This document shows positions 1-10,505 of a DNA stretch of 64,000 nt, in pieces (positions within the stretch are counted from its first letter, which is position 1; each line of letters starts with the position of its first letter). The stretch lies in assembly GCA_963796685.1 (NCBI GenBank), contig CAWCMR010000005.1:288001-352000 (forward strand), read 5' to 3'. This DNA comes from an uncultured delta proteobacterium (GTDB lineage Bacteria; Myxococcota_A; Polyangia; Fen-1088). The position numbers were made by a program, and so were the translations under genes. Below the pieces are notes generated by a model. It saw only the letters and a program-made list of their open reading frames with translations. It ran no database searches and was not told the origin of the DNA.

Positions 1-18
1 CTCGACTGAGCGGCCCCC

Positions 19-270
19 CTAGAGAACCGAACGGGTTGAATCCTGCGCAGAATCGAGAGCTTGCGAGTGTTGGGAAAATTCGCCTCGCCCCGCGCAGCGG
101 GGAGAGGTCGACGCGCGAAGCGCGTCGGGTGAGGGGTTCGGCCATGCGAGAGAGTGCGCTGGCCCCTCACCCTAACCCTCTCCCCGCTGCGCGGGGCGAG
201 GGGATCGGAGGGAGCACGTGCGTAGCAACTTCTTGAATTCTCTACACTTTCAACCCGTTCGGTGTTCTAG
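19..270. mobile_element. MITE copy 1 (~252 bp), CTAG-flanked, with nested 25-bp internal inverted repeat
   Basis: Ends CTAGAGAACCGAACGGGTTGAA (19-40) and TTCAACCCGTTCGGTGTTCTAG (249-270) are imperfect terminal inverted repeats. Perfect internal IR at 83-107/177-201. Highly similar copy at 7770-8022. No transposase ORF. Confidence 0.85.
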
Positions 271-632
271 GCTGGATCTCGTGCAGAAAGGCACCCGCAT
301 TTACCGGGTCCTTGGGGCCGAATCCAGGAAAGCCGGCAACTTCTGGCGCTACAAGCTGCCCAAGGACGGCCCTTCCTGGCAAGATTGCATCGCAGATTGA
401 AAATACCGCTACGGCAACGTTTGGCCAGTACTTCAAGGCACGAGAAGAAGCTCTGAAGCTCGCGCCCAAAAAGACGAACTGGACTGGGCTTTCTGGTATC
501 GGTGTCCCGGAAAAGGACGTCACCGTCCAGAAGCTTGGCCCGAACGAGATCGAAACCAAGAAGGCTTCAACGGCCGCGGCCGAGGGGCAGCGAGCCGTAC
601 ACGCCCAAGACAACGACGACGGAGAGCAATGA
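271..632 (+). pseudogene. Degenerate C-terminal remnant of a polymorphic toxin (possibly Ntox48-like)
   Basis: Toxin-like peptide pieces in two frames (RIYRVLGAESRKAGNFWRYKLP; GKIASQIE...GQY...KKTNWTG...KLGPNEIETK). The 5' end abuts the MITE and the remnant lies directly upstream of an Imm71/Imm72-like gene. Confidence 0.5.
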
Positions 633-641
633 TAGGGGCAT

Positions 642-1565
642 GTGATGTCGAAGTATGATCCCAAAGTCACCCGATTGACCGGCCGAGAGATTTCGATTTC
701 CGCGGACGACGTTGTCCGCACGATATGGCTGGTGAAGAGATTTACCTCGCTCACGTACATCCAGCGCATGGCCTCACTGTTTTTTAATTTCGTTGCCGGC
801 TACGAGGAGTTCGCCGGCCGAGATCCGAGCTCGGAAGAGGTACCTGCCTTCAGAAGCCGTTTGGCCAAATTCTACAAGCAGCAGGCGATACTTACCGACG
901 GCATCGAGTTGATTCGACGGCGTAACAGCCTCGGATAGGCGAAAACCCTTTGGGGCTGTGTTTTGGAGGATCTTCTGGTGGGACGCCCAGCGGAATATGG
1001 AATAAACTTCCAGGACGTCGGTTGGCAACACTATCCCCACCTATCCGAGGGGCTTTACGCATGGGCCGTGGTCGCTGCCGGCATGGCTGCAAAGGTCGAC
1101 AAGACCTTGCGCGGGTTGTGGGCATTTCCCGACGCCGCGCGACCTGATGGCGTCACGTTTCCGCTGGCGGGAGGCCTGCCCCCTGCGCCCAAACCGAAGG
1201 GGCTATCGATCAAGACCGGGGAGAGCGTGCCTGTCTCAGGCATCTGGATGCCCGCGTTGCCCAGCGGCGCACCGAACTATCTTTGGGAAGGCAACAACGC
1301 TTGGGAGGGCAGGCGAGTCACCGAGGAGATCGATTATCCTGAAGTGGTCGACGAAGAGCTGCCACAGGCCGCCAAGATTGACTACGAATACGACACCGAG
1401 CCTAGGACCTGGACGCTCCTGTGGGAAGACGACCGTTACAAGGATGGGAAAGTGCCCGACGAGGAAGCCACCTATCTCGATGCCTCGACCGAGCCGCCGC
1501 CCTGGCCGCCGGTGGTACCACCGGGAGGCGCGAAGCTGAAGCCGCCGATCTTCCGGGGCAAATAG
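642..1565 (+). pseudogene. Imm71/Imm72-family immunity protein interrupted by in-frame TAG (936-938)
   Basis: ORFs 642-938 and 963-1565 are in the same frame, separated by one TAG. Motifs IWLVKRFTSLTY, KTGESVPVSGIW and WEDDRY (WxDxRY of Imm72). Confidence 0.7.
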
Positions 1566-1587
1566 CTGAAAGCCAAGTGGTATCGTC

Positions 1588-3639
1588 GTGGGCTTGGCGA
1601 AACGAATCTGGTCATGGGTGCTGGTCTCGACCGGGACGCTCGCGCTGCTGTCCGGCCTGCTCGGGCTGCTCGCCGACGGTACGCGCCTGGCGCTGGCCAA
1701 GGCTCCGCTGCGCATCGTGCTCGCCGGCGGGGCCAGCGCGGCCGCCTTGGCCATCCTGCTCTCCCTGGCTGCCGGACCGCTGCTCGCGGGGGTGTGCGCG
1801 CTGTCGGAGCGACTGGCCCAGGCCGGGTGGGCGGGAAAGATCCTGGCGCTATCGACGGAGCTCGGGCTTGCAACTTGGGTCGTCCATGCCATCACCAACG
1901 TCCGGCACCGGCAGGATCCCGGCATGCGCCAGGCGGTGGTGGGCGCGGCCGCGGTGCTCATCACCGTGTGCCTCTTCGCCGCACGGCCCTCGGCGCATCG
2001 GCTCTTGCGCGCGTGCGCCCTCGGCATCGCGCTGGCCATGTTCCTCGTCGACGCCTTGCTGCCGCGTTGGTACTACCGCGAGCTTCACGATGTCTTGGCC
2101 TTGCTCACGGTGTGCGGGCTCATGGCGGTGGTGTTGCCATGGACCCGCGAGCGTGCGACGCGACGATTCGGGCTGGCGTTGGCGGCAGCCGTCCCGCTCA
2201 GCCTCGCCGTCCTCGCGCTGGTCGACCGAGCCGCGCCCGGCTGGCGTTCGCGCGCGCACGAGCACGGGCTCTATGGCGATGCCCTGGCGCGCACCGCGCG
2301 TGCCCTGGTGGATTTCGATGGCGATGGATTTTCGCCCGTGGCCTGGGGCGGGGACTGCGACGACCTCTCGGCCGCGCGCAACCCGCTGGCCCTGGACGGG
2401 CATGGCAAGGGGGATCTCAACTGCAACGGCATCGATCCGCCGCTCGCCCCCACGGAAGCCGAGCGAGGGCTCGCGCCCGCCGCCGGCGATCCCAATCTCG
2501 CTCCCGGCGCCGTCGACCTGGTGGTTCTGGTCACCATCGATGCCTTGCGCGCGGATGCCCTTGCCCCGCGCCTGATGCCGAACGTGCTTGCGGCGGCCCG
2601 CAAGGGTCTGGTTTTCGAGCGCACCTATTCGAGCAGCACGCGGACCTCGCAGTCGCTCCCGCTGCTGCAGCAGAGCCACCGCGGCGGGCAGCCGCTCGGC
2701 CTTCGCCTTGCGGCCCAGGGCATCGCGACCACGGCCGTGGTGGCGGATCACGCTCTGGAGGGAACCGAGGCCATCGCGAAGACCTTCGCGCGCATGGACA
2801 CGCCCGAGCACGGGCGCTGGCCCGCCACGCAGGCGAGCGCGCGCGCCCTTGCCGCCATCGACGACATCGGAGCGCGCCGGCACTACCTGTGGCTGCACTT
2901 CTACGACGCGCACACGCCCTACCCCGCGGAAGCGGCATCGCCGGTCGCGACGCCGGCGGGCCTGGATCCTTCCTACGCCCGCTACGCGACGGGCGTGGTG
3001 GCCGCGGATGCCGGCTTCGGCGAGTTGCTCGAAGGGCTCGACCGGCGCGGCCGCCTTCCGCGCACCGTCGTCATCGTGACCGGCGATCACGGCGAGGCCT
3101 TTGGCGAGCACGGCATGCTCTTTCACGCGGCCTCGGCCTACGAACCCCTGGTGCGCGTGCCGGGCGTGCTGCTCGCGCCCGACCTCGTGCCTCGGCGGTC
3201 GCAACACTTGGTCTGTCACGCCGACATCTTTCCCACCATCCTCGGCGCCTTCGGCTTGACCACGCCGGACGACGAGACGCTCGGGCGCTCTTGGCTGCGT
3301 CTGCGGGCCGCGCCGGATGCGCCCCTGCACCGCTTCGTGGTGGTGCGTTCGGCCCACGCCGCAAGCGGCGGCGACGTGATGTCGCCCCTGCTGGCCATCA
3401 TCGACACGCGCTACAAGCTCATCAAGACCATCGAAGACGGGCTTACCGAGCTCTACGACGTGCTCGCCGATGCCAAAGAGGAAACGGATTCTTGGCCGGC
3501 TCTTCCCGAGGTCGGACGCCGCCTCGACCGCGCGCTCGAGACCTATCGCGACGTGGTCGGCTATCCCGCCGACGACGAGCTGGCCGATTTGAAGACCTTC
3601 GGCGCGCGCATGATCGGCGCGCACGGCGAGCTCTATTAG
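1588..3639 (+). CDS. Membrane-anchored sulfatase/alkaline-phosphatase superfamily protein (LTA-synthase-like) with acidic/Cys metal-binding motif
   Basis: Multiple N-terminal TM helices; DFDGDGF...GDCDD...DLNCNGID motif; VVLVTIDALRAD, WLHFYDAHTPY, VTGDHGEAFGEHG. Lacks the canonical CxPxR sulfatase motif. Confidence 0.8.
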   Translation: MGLAKRIWSWVLVSTGTLALLSGLLGLLADGTRLALAKAPLRIVLAGGASAAALAILLSLAAGPLLAGVCALSERLAQAGWAGKILALSTELGLATWVVHAITNVRHRQDPGMRQAVVGAAAVLITVCLFAARPSAHRLLRACALGIALAMFLVDALLPRWYYRELHDVLALLTVCGLMAVVLPWTRERATRRFGLALAAAVPLSLAVLALVDRAAPGWRSRAHEHGLYGDALARTARALVDFDGDGFSPVAWGGDCDDLSAARNPLALDGHGKGDLNCNGIDPPLAPTEAERGLAPAAGDPNLAPGAVDLVVLVTIDALRADALAPRLMPNVLAAARKGLVFERTYSSSTRTSQSLPLLQQSHRGGQPLGLRLAAQGIATTAVVADHALEGTEAIAKTFARMDTPEHGRWPATQASARALAAIDDIGARRHYLWLHFYDAHTPYPAEAASPVATPAGLDPSYARYATGVVAADAGFGELLEGLDRRGRLPRTVVIVTGDHGEAFGEHGMLFHAASAYEPLVRVPGVLLAPDLVPRRSQHLVCHADIFPTILGAFGLTTPDDETLGRSWLRLRAAPDAPLHRFVVVRSAHAASGGDVMSPLLAIIDTRYKLIKTIEDGLTELYDVLADAKEETDSWPALPEVGRRLDRALETYRDVVGYPADDELADLKTFGARMIGAHGELY

Positions 3640-3731
3640 GCCTTTGGGCCTTCTGCCCGCCGCCAATCCCTTGCCCCGGGGCACCTCCCGCGATTGCGGC
3701 GGCCAACCCTGAAATTTGATAGCGTGCCTTC

Positions 3732-4892
3732 GTGCTCACCGCCCTTCTGCTCGGTGCAGGTGCTTCCCGCGAGCTCGGCATGCCTCTGCGCGCGGACATC
3801 AACGCCGAGATCATGGCCTGGCTCTCGCCCGCGTCCCTGCGCAAGCTGAACGCCACCTGGAGCGGGCGCGGCTTCGGCCATCCCGCCGAGGTCATCGAGG
3901 ATATCGCGCGCATGCTCGACGAAGCGACCTTCGACTACGAGGCCGTGCTCGGACACCTGGAGGCGCGGTACCTCGACGATGCGCGGGCCGGCTTCGCCCA
4001 GGCCTACCACGCGCTCTACGCCTGGCTGGCGCAGGTCGTGTACCAAGTGCTCTACCGCCGCCAAGTCGAGCGCCGGGATTCGTTCCGCGAAGGCTTGCAA
4101 TACTTCGACGGCATCGCGCGCCTGGCCCACCGCCATCGCCCGCTGTGGATCTTTTCCCTCAACCACGACGTGCTCGTCGAGTGCATCGCCGCCCTCTTCG
4201 GCATCGAGGTGAACGCGGGATTTTCGCCGCGCGCGGTTTCCCTGCCCTGCCGCGATCGCGATGGCCAGCCCATCGCCGCGCTGGAGGCCGAGGTGCTGAG
4301 CGACGCCGAATTGGCCAGCGGTCAGCTACCCTTCTTCAAGACCGGCTGGCCCGGTATCAATTTGCTCAAGCTGCACGGGGCTCTCGACGTCTTCAGCCAC
4401 GGCGACGGCCACGACCTCGTCAGGCTGAAGCCGCGCGACCAGACCTTCGACGCCATCATCGACGCGCTCCAGATCGCCAACGAGGGCCTGCTGGATCCGA
4501 GCCTCGTTTCGAGCCTCGTCGCCGATCCGCTGGCGGTGACCAACCGGATCCCCTACATCGACGGCGAGGGACGACCGCAAGTGCTCGGGCGCACACTGCT
4601 GGCCAGCGCGGCGCGCCTGACCGATCCCTATCCCCCGCTCATGCAGCGGCGTTTGCTCGAGTACTTCCGCGCCAACCTGGCCCAGGCCGAGCGGCTGGTC
4701 GCCATCGGCTACAGCATGAGCGATGGAGAGGTCAACGAGATCCTTTGCGAATGGCTCGAGGCCTCGGGTGCGCGGCAATTGGAGATCGTGGCGCCCGGAA
4801 TTGCACGCATGCCACCGTTCCTGGAAAAGGTCGCCACGCAGATCGAGCTTTCGCCCGCCTCCGCAACGACCTACCTCGAACGAGCCGATTAG
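3732..4892 (+). CDS. Stand-alone SIR2-like (SIR2_2) domain protein, putative NADase
   Basis: LLLGAGAS..GMP Rossmann start, IFSLNHD, LLKLHGALD and LVAIGYSMSD motifs. Confidence 0.8.
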   Translation: MLTALLLGAGASRELGMPLRADINAEIMAWLSPASLRKLNATWSGRGFGHPAEVIEDIARMLDEATFDYEAVLGHLEARYLDDARAGFAQAYHALYAWLAQVVYQVLYRRQVERRDSFREGLQYFDGIARLAHRHRPLWIFSLNHDVLVECIAALFGIEVNAGFSPRAVSLPCRDRDGQPIAALEAEVLSDAELASGQLPFFKTGWPGINLLKLHGALDVFSHGDGHDLVRLKPRDQTFDAIIDALQIANEGLLDPSLVSSLVADPLAVTNRIPYIDGEGRPQVLGRTLLASAARLTDPYPPLMQRRLLEYFRANLAQAERLVAIGYSMSDGEVNEILCEWLEASGARQLEIVAPGIARMPPFLEKVATQIELSPASATTYLERAD

Positions 4893-5088
4893 GAGGCCCG
4901 GTTTCGAGCCGGATGCCGATGTAGTCCGATAGCGCACCTTGGGCGACGTGGGGCCGCGATGAAGGGCGCCGCAAATCGTGAAATAGCACTTTTCCCCCTC
5001 TTGCAACCCATCCAATGTATGCCAGAAGAACAAGCAGGTTGGGTTAGTATGCCTGGCGCTACCAATCGCAGCCGTGGGGGTTCGTACG

Positions 5089-7035
5089 ATGCACGACAGT
5101 TCAAGAGTGTTGCTATTCGGTATGGGCGCAGCCTTTGCGCTGGTCGCCTGCAACGGCGGCGTAACCATTGGCGGCCCCGACGTTGACGCCAGCCCCGGTC
5201 CGAGTAGGCCGGACGTTGGACTGGGCACGACCCCCGACCAAGCGGTCGTCATCTTCAATCTCGATGCCACGGTCGGAACCGACGTCGCGCCCACCACGGT
5301 TTGCGGCAATGGCGTTGTCGAAGGAGTCGAGCAGTGTGACGACGGCAACACGACGTCCGGCGATGGCTGCACCGGGGACTGCAAGCTCGAAACCGACTGG
5401 GCCTGTCCCATCCCCAAGTCGCCCTGCATTTCCACCGTGGTCTGCGGCGATGGACATATCTCCGGCAACGAGAAATGCGACGATCACAATACCGTCGACG
5501 GAGACGGCTGCTCCGCGGACTGCAGCACGGTGGAGGCCGGCTGGACCTGTCCCGCCCCCGGCATCCGTTGCCAGCCCAAGTGTGGCGACGGTGTTCTCGT
5601 CGGCGGGGAAAAATGCGACGACGGTAACACCGATGCCGGCGATGGATGCTCGGCCGCGTGCACGATCGAGTCGGGATTCGCCTGCCCGACGGCCGGACAG
5701 CCATGCCACAAGACAGTTTGCGGCGACGGCAACAAAGAGGGTGCGGAGTCGTGCGACGACGGCAACACCGTGCCCGGCGACGGATGCAGCATGGACTGCA
5801 AGGCCGAGCCCGTGTGCTCGGGCAGCGACGGATGTACCTCGCCCTGCGGCGACGGCTTGAAGCTGCCCACCGAGGAGTGCGACGATGGGAACAACAGCTC
5901 GGGCGATGGATGCTCCGCGGACTGCAAGCTCGAGGCGGGCTGGACCTGCGCCGAGGTCACGGAGACCACCACCAGCGTGCCCGTCATCTTCCGCGACATG
6001 ATCCCGCAGATCGCCACCATCACCGATCCACCGCCGCATCCCAACTTCGAGGTCCCCAGGGCCTCGGGCAGGGTGGTCACGGGCATCGTCAAGGACACCC
6101 TTGGCCCCGACCGCAAGCCGGAGTACGACGACACCGTCGACACGACGGTGTCCATGACCACCAACGCCGACGATTTCAAATCCTGGTACCACGACTCCAA
6201 TTACTCGTCGGTCGTGATCGATACCCTGCCGCTGGTCGCGGGGGCGAACAACACCTATGTCTACGACCACTCCGGGACGTACGACCGGACGGCCGGCGCC
6301 TGGACCATCCCGGCCTACTTCCCCCTCGACGGACGTGGCTGGGACGCGCCACCGACCAGCCTGACCGCATGGGACGAGACCTGCGATCAGGACAACGCCC
6401 TACACAATTTCAGCTTTACCAGCGAGGTCCGTTACTGGTTCGAGTACCAGGGCGGCGAGAACCTGTCGTTCATCGGCGATGACGACGTGTGGGTTTTCGT
6501 GAACGGCAAGTTGGCGGTCGATCTCGGAGGTGTGCACCAGGCGGCGTCAGGCAGCATTACCCTCGACGCGACAGCGGCGACGACCTACAACCTGACCGTG
6601 GGCAAGATCTACGAGATCGTCATCTTCCAGGCCGAGCGCAAGATCACGCGCTCGAGCTACAAGCTCACCATCGGTCAATTCAACCGCACGCGCACCGATT
6701 GCACCCCGAGGTGCGGCGACGGCGTCATCAACGGCACGGAAACCTGCGACAACGGGGCCGCCAACTCGGATACCACCTACGGCGGCTGCACGACCACGTG
6801 CGTGTACGGCCCCTATTGCGGCGATGGCCATGTCGACGTTTCCGCTGGCGAGCAGTGCGACGACGGGACCAACGTCGCCGGCTATGGACAGACCACGGGG
6901 TGCGCGCCAGGTTGCCGAAACGCACCCTATTGTGGCGACGGCAAGGTCGACAGCCTGTTCGGCGAGGAATGCGACAACGGAGCCGAAAACGGCAATAGCC
7001 TGTGCACGACCGACTGCAAGGCCATCGTTCCGTGA
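5089..7035 (+). CDS. Fibro-slime (PA14-like) domain lipoprotein with myxobacterial cysteine-rich (DUF4215-like) repeats
   Basis: Lipobox LVAC; many CGDG..E.CDDGN...DGC repeats; HNFSFTSEVRYWF...GDDDVWVFVNGKLAVDLGGVH. Confidence 0.85.
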   Translation: MHDSSRVLLFGMGAAFALVACNGGVTIGGPDVDASPGPSRPDVGLGTTPDQAVVIFNLDATVGTDVAPTTVCGNGVVEGVEQCDDGNTTSGDGCTGDCKLETDWACPIPKSPCISTVVCGDGHISGNEKCDDHNTVDGDGCSADCSTVEAGWTCPAPGIRCQPKCGDGVLVGGEKCDDGNTDAGDGCSAACTIESGFACPTAGQPCHKTVCGDGNKEGAESCDDGNTVPGDGCSMDCKAEPVCSGSDGCTSPCGDGLKLPTEECDDGNNSSGDGCSADCKLEAGWTCAEVTETTTSVPVIFRDMIPQIATITDPPPHPNFEVPRASGRVVTGIVKDTLGPDRKPEYDDTVDTTVSMTTNADDFKSWYHDSNYSSVVIDTLPLVAGANNTYVYDHSGTYDRTAGAWTIPAYFPLDGRGWDAPPTSLTAWDETCDQDNALHNFSFTSEVRYWFEYQGGENLSFIGDDDVWVFVNGKLAVDLGGVHQAASGSITLDATAATTYNLTVGKIYEIVIFQAERKITRSSYKLTIGQFNRTRTDCTPRCGDGVINGTETCDNGAANSDTTYGGCTTTCVYGPYCGDGHVDVSAGEQCDDGTNVAGYGQTTGCAPGCRNAPYCGDGKVDSLFGEECDNGAENGNSLCTTDCKAIVP

Positions 7036-7773
7036 CCGGGGTGTGGAAGAGGGCGCCATGGACGACGCTTATCTTCGGGGTCTGTGTCGCTCTGGCGGCC
7101 TGTAGCGACAGCGGATCGGGCAACGCCGACGGCGCGGCCGGCACCGACGGTAGCGTCTGCGGCACGCACGCCCATCCCGGCGTGCTCAAGTTGACCGGTC
7201 TTTCGCCGGCGATTGGCTCGACGGTGGTCAACCAGGGGATTGTCCACGGCTTCGTGGTCGTGAACGCCCCCGCGGTGTTCACCAATTTCGGCTTGAACCC
7301 CGGCGCTTCGCACACGGCCGGACCGTCCACGCCGGGCGACCTCAAATTCGGCGTCACGGCGTCGGCGTCGGGCAGCGACCTCATCTACCAACTGACGGTG
7401 GATAGGTGGGCGTACGCGCCCGGCCACGTCGAGTCTCGAGGCGAGCGGCGGATACGAGACCCTGAAGGGTTGTTCCTGGGTCTTTCCCTCGCCACTGTTC
7501 TCCTACGACGTAACTGCAGTTCTGGACGCCGGCACCAGCGAGGCCAAGGGCGCCATCGATGGCGGGGCCATCGGCCCCTACGACGGTCCGACAGCGCTCG
7601 ATGTCCCGGGCGCGCTCGATGGGACCGGCGCGCTCGATGCGCCGAGCGCGGTCGATTCATCCAGCGAGCTCGACGTTCCGCTGGGGCTCGACGGCCCCTC
7701 TTCCGCCGAGGCTCCCGTGCCGGACGCCACGATGGGCAACGGCCCCGCGGTGGACGCGGGAACGACGGACTAG
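7032..7773 (+). CDS. Lipoprotein of unknown function (apparent +1 frameshift at 7434)
   Basis: GTG overlaps the upstream TGA; lipobox LAAC. Removing T7434 gives HVELEASGGYETLKGCSWVFPSPLFSYDV...DAGTTD*. The stop TAG is the CTAG end of MITE copy 2. Confidence 0.65.
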
Positions 7774-8022
7774 AGCACCGAACGGCTTGAATGCTGTGCA
7801 GGATTGAGAGCTTGCGAGGTACGCGGAAGATTCCCCTCGCCCCGCGTAGCGGGGAGAGGTCGTCGTGCGAAGCGCGTCGGGCAAGGGGTTCGGCCATGCG
7901 AGAGAGTGCGCTGGCCCCTCACGCTAGCCCTCTCCCCGCTGCGCGGGGCGAGGGGATTGGAGTGCGCACGTGCGCAGCGACTTCTTGAATTCTCGGCACT
8001 CTCAACCCGTTCGGTGCTCTAG
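7770..8022. mobile_element. MITE copy 2 (~253 bp), CTAG-flanked
   Basis: CTAGAGCACCGAACGGCTTGAA ... TCAACCCGTTCGGTGCTCTAG; colinear with and similar to 19-270. Confidence 0.85.
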
Positions 8023-8033
8023 GGCGTACGGAA

Positions 8034-10406
8034 TCAGGCCTGGACCGAGGCCGTGGGCGTCTCGGGCGCGCCCGGGCCGGGCGCCATGACGGGCGCCGAC
8101 TCCAGGGTCTGCTCCAGCGCTTCTTGGATGCGCTTGACGAAGGACAGATCGAGATCCTTGCGCACGCTCTCGGGAATATCGACCAGATCCTTGCGATTGC
8201 GATCGGGCAGGATGACCCGCTTGATGCCGGCCCGGTGAGCGGCCAGGACCTTCTCTTTGATCCCGCCCACGGGCAGCACGCTGCCACGCAGGGTGATCTC
8301 GCCGGTCATGGCCACATCGCCGCGAACGCGACGGCCCGTGAAGAGCGAGGCCAGCGCCACGGTCATGGCCACGCCGGCCGAGGGGCCGTCCTTGGACACC
8401 GCGCCGGCCGGCACGTGCAGGTGGATGTCGACCTTCTCGAAGTCGGGCGAAATACCCAGCTCGTCGACGTGGGTGCGCACCCACGACAGGGAGGCGCGCG
8501 CCGATTCCTTCATCACGTCGCCGAGGTGGCCGGTCAGGATCAGGTTGCCCTTGCCGACCATCTGCGAGGCTTCGATGAAGAGGATGTCGCCACCGGAAGG
8601 CATCCAGGCGAGCCCGGTGGCCACACCGGGAACTTCCGTGCGTTCGGCGATCTCCGAGAAGAACTTCTGCGGCCCGAGCAACTCGGCGATCTTCTCGGGG
8701 TTCAGCTTGGGCTCGTACGACTCGCTCTCGGCGACCTTCACGGCGATACCACGAATGACATTGGCCACCTCACGCTCGAGGTTGCGCACGCCCGCCTCGC
8801 GCGTGTACTGCTCGATGATGGTGGTGATGGTCTCGTCGTCGAACACGATCTGTTCGGCGGTCAGGCCGTGCTCGCTGACCTGCTTGGGGGCCAGGTGCCG
8901 CTTGGCGATCTCCAGCTTCTCCTCGCGCGTGTAGCCCGGGATCTCCAGTACCTCCATGCGGTCGAGCAGCGCCGGCGGAATGGTATCGAGGGTGTTGGCC
9001 GTGGCGATGAAGATGACGCTCGACAGGTCGAAATTGACCTCGAGGTAGTGATCCGAGAACGAGTGGTTCTGCTCGGGGTCGAGCACTTCGAGCAGGGCCG
9101 CCGCGGGATCGCCGCGGAAGTCCGAGCCCAGCTTGTCGATCTCGTCGAGCATGAACACCGGGTTCTTGGTGCCCACGCGGCGCATGCCCTGAATGACCCG
9201 GCCGGGAAGCGCGCCGATGTAGGTTCGCCGGTGCCCGCGGATCTCGGCCTCGTCTCGCACACCACCGAGCGAAACGCGAATGAATTCACGCGACAGCGAG
9301 CGCGCGATGGACTTGCCAAGCGAGGTCTTGCCCACGCCGGGCGGCCCCACCAGGCACAGAATCGGTCCCTTCTTGGCCGGCGCCAGCTTGCGCACGGCCA
9401 GGTACTCGAGCATGCGCTTCTTGACCTTCTGCAGGTCGTAGTGATCGGCGTCGAGCACGTTGCGCGCCTGTTCCAGATCCAGCGTGTCGGTGGTCTGCTT
9501 GGACCACGGCAGCTCCACCAGCCATTCGAGGTAGGTGCGCTGGACGGTGTATTCCGCCGACGACTGCGCCATCTGGCGAAGCCGCTCGAGCTGCTTGCGC
9601 GCGACCTTGGCGATCTCCTCCGACATACCGGACGCCTTGATCTTGTCCTCGAAGGTATCGAGATCGCCGCCGTCCTCGCCTTCGCCGAGCTCGTCCTGAA
9701 TCGCCTTCAGCTTCTGGCGTAGGACCGCCTCGCGTTGGTGCTTGGAGAACTCCTCGCGCACCTGGGTGTCGATCTTCTGCTTGACCTTGATGAGCTCGAC
9801 CTTGCGCTGCAGGAGCACGAGCAAGCGGCGCAGGCGCTCGGCCACGTCGACCTCGACCAGGAGCGACGCACGCTCCTCGGCGGAGAGATCCACGGTGGCC
9901 GCCGTGATGTCGCCCAGGCGCGCCGGATCCTTGTTCTGGTCGAGGATCTGCGCCGCTTCGTCGGGGATGTCGGGCGAAATCGCGATGAGCTGCTTGGCCA
10001 CGTCGTAGACCGCCATGCCGAGACCGTCGATCTCGATGGGATCCTTGCGAATCTCGACCAAGGGCTCGTAGGACGCCACCAGGAAGGGCTTTTCCTGCAC
10101 GAAGCCGGTCACGCGGCGACGCTCGATCCCGCGCAACACGGCGGTCACGCGGTTCTCGGCGGCCTTGACGATGCGGACGACCTCGCCCTCGACGCAGATC
10201 CCGTAGAGATCGCTGCCCGCGGGCTCCTCGACGTCGGCGTCTTTCTGCGTGCCCACGAGCAGGTGCACGCCCTTGCCGGGCAGGCTTTCGATGAGCCGCA
10301 GGGAAGACAGGCGCCCGATCTCGACGGGCATCACCGCGCCGGGGAACAACACCAGGTTTCTCAGCGACAACAGGGGCAGGGATTTGGTTGCTTCAGGCGG
10401 GGTCAT
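8034..10406 (-). CDS. lon: ATP-dependent protease La (Lon)
   Basis: N-domain [14 protein letters not shown], Walker [21 protein letters not shown], catalytic KDGPSAG and PVGGIKEK. Confidence 0.97.
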   Translation of the reverse strand: MTPPEATKSLPLLSLRNLVLFPGAVMPVEIGRLSSLRLIESLPGKGVHLLVGTQKDADVEEPAGSDLYGICVEGEVVRIVKAAENRVTAVLRGIERRRVTGFVQEKPFLVASYEPLVEIRKDPIEIDGLGMAVYDVAKQLIAISPDIPDEAAQILDQNKDPARLGDITAATVDLSAEERASLLVEVDVAERLRRLLVLLQRKVELIKVKQKIDTQVREEFSKHQREAVLRQKLKAIQDELGEGEDGGDLDTFEDKIKASGMSEEIAKVARKQLERLRQMAQSSAEYTVQRTYLEWLVELPWSKQTTDTLDLEQARNVLDADHYDLQKVKKRMLEYLAVRKLAPAKKGPILCLVGPPGVGKTSLGKSIARSLSREFIRVSLGGVRDEAEIRGHRRTYIGALPGRVIQGMRRVGTKNPVFMLDEIDKLGSDFRGDPAAALLEVLDPEQNHSFSDHYLEVNFDLSSVIFIATANTLDTIPPALLDRMEVLEIPGYTREEKLEIAKRHLAPKQVSEHGLTAEQIVFDDETITTIIEQYTREAGVRNLEREVANVIRGIAVKVAESESYEPKLNPEKIAELLGPQKFFSEIAERTEVPGVATGLAWMPSGGDILFIEASQMVGKGNLILTGHLGDVMKESARASLSWVRTHVDELGISPDFEKVDIHLHVPAGAVSKDGPSAGVAMTVALASLFTGRRVRGDVAMTGEITLRGSVLPVGGIKEKVLAAHRAGIKRVILPDRNRKDLVDIPESVRKDLDLSFVKRIQEALEQTLESAPVMAPGPGAPETPTASVQA

Positions 10407-10419
10407 ACGTCTCTCCCAA

Positions 10420-10448
10420 ACTTAGGCGGGGCAGCGCTTCGCCGCAAG
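10420..10448 (-). promoter_or_regulatory. RpoH-like heat-shock promoter for lon
   Basis: Minus strand CTTG-N18-CCTAAGT just upstream of the RBS; the same pattern occurs upstream of clpB. Confidence 0.45.
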
Positions 10449-10505
10449 CCCGACGGGGATAAAAAAGGCCGCCGATTGGCGCTGGAGGTAGTGTCTTGCC
10501 GCACA

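Noticed and set aside
36-236. Small ORFs inside the MITE copies (36-236 and 7791-7988)
   Set aside because: Their similarity simply reflects the repeated element; there is no RBS or protein-like signature.
936-938. In-frame TAG as a pyrrolysine or readthrough codon
   Set aside because: No pyl genes are in the window, the radical SAM gene looks like HydE rather than PylB, TAG is used as a normal stop by many genes here, and the neighbouring toxin is decayed.
5300-7020. Recurring TGCGACGACGGCAAC motifs as a DNA repeat array
   Set aside because: They are coding repeats of the CDDGN cysteine-rich motif.
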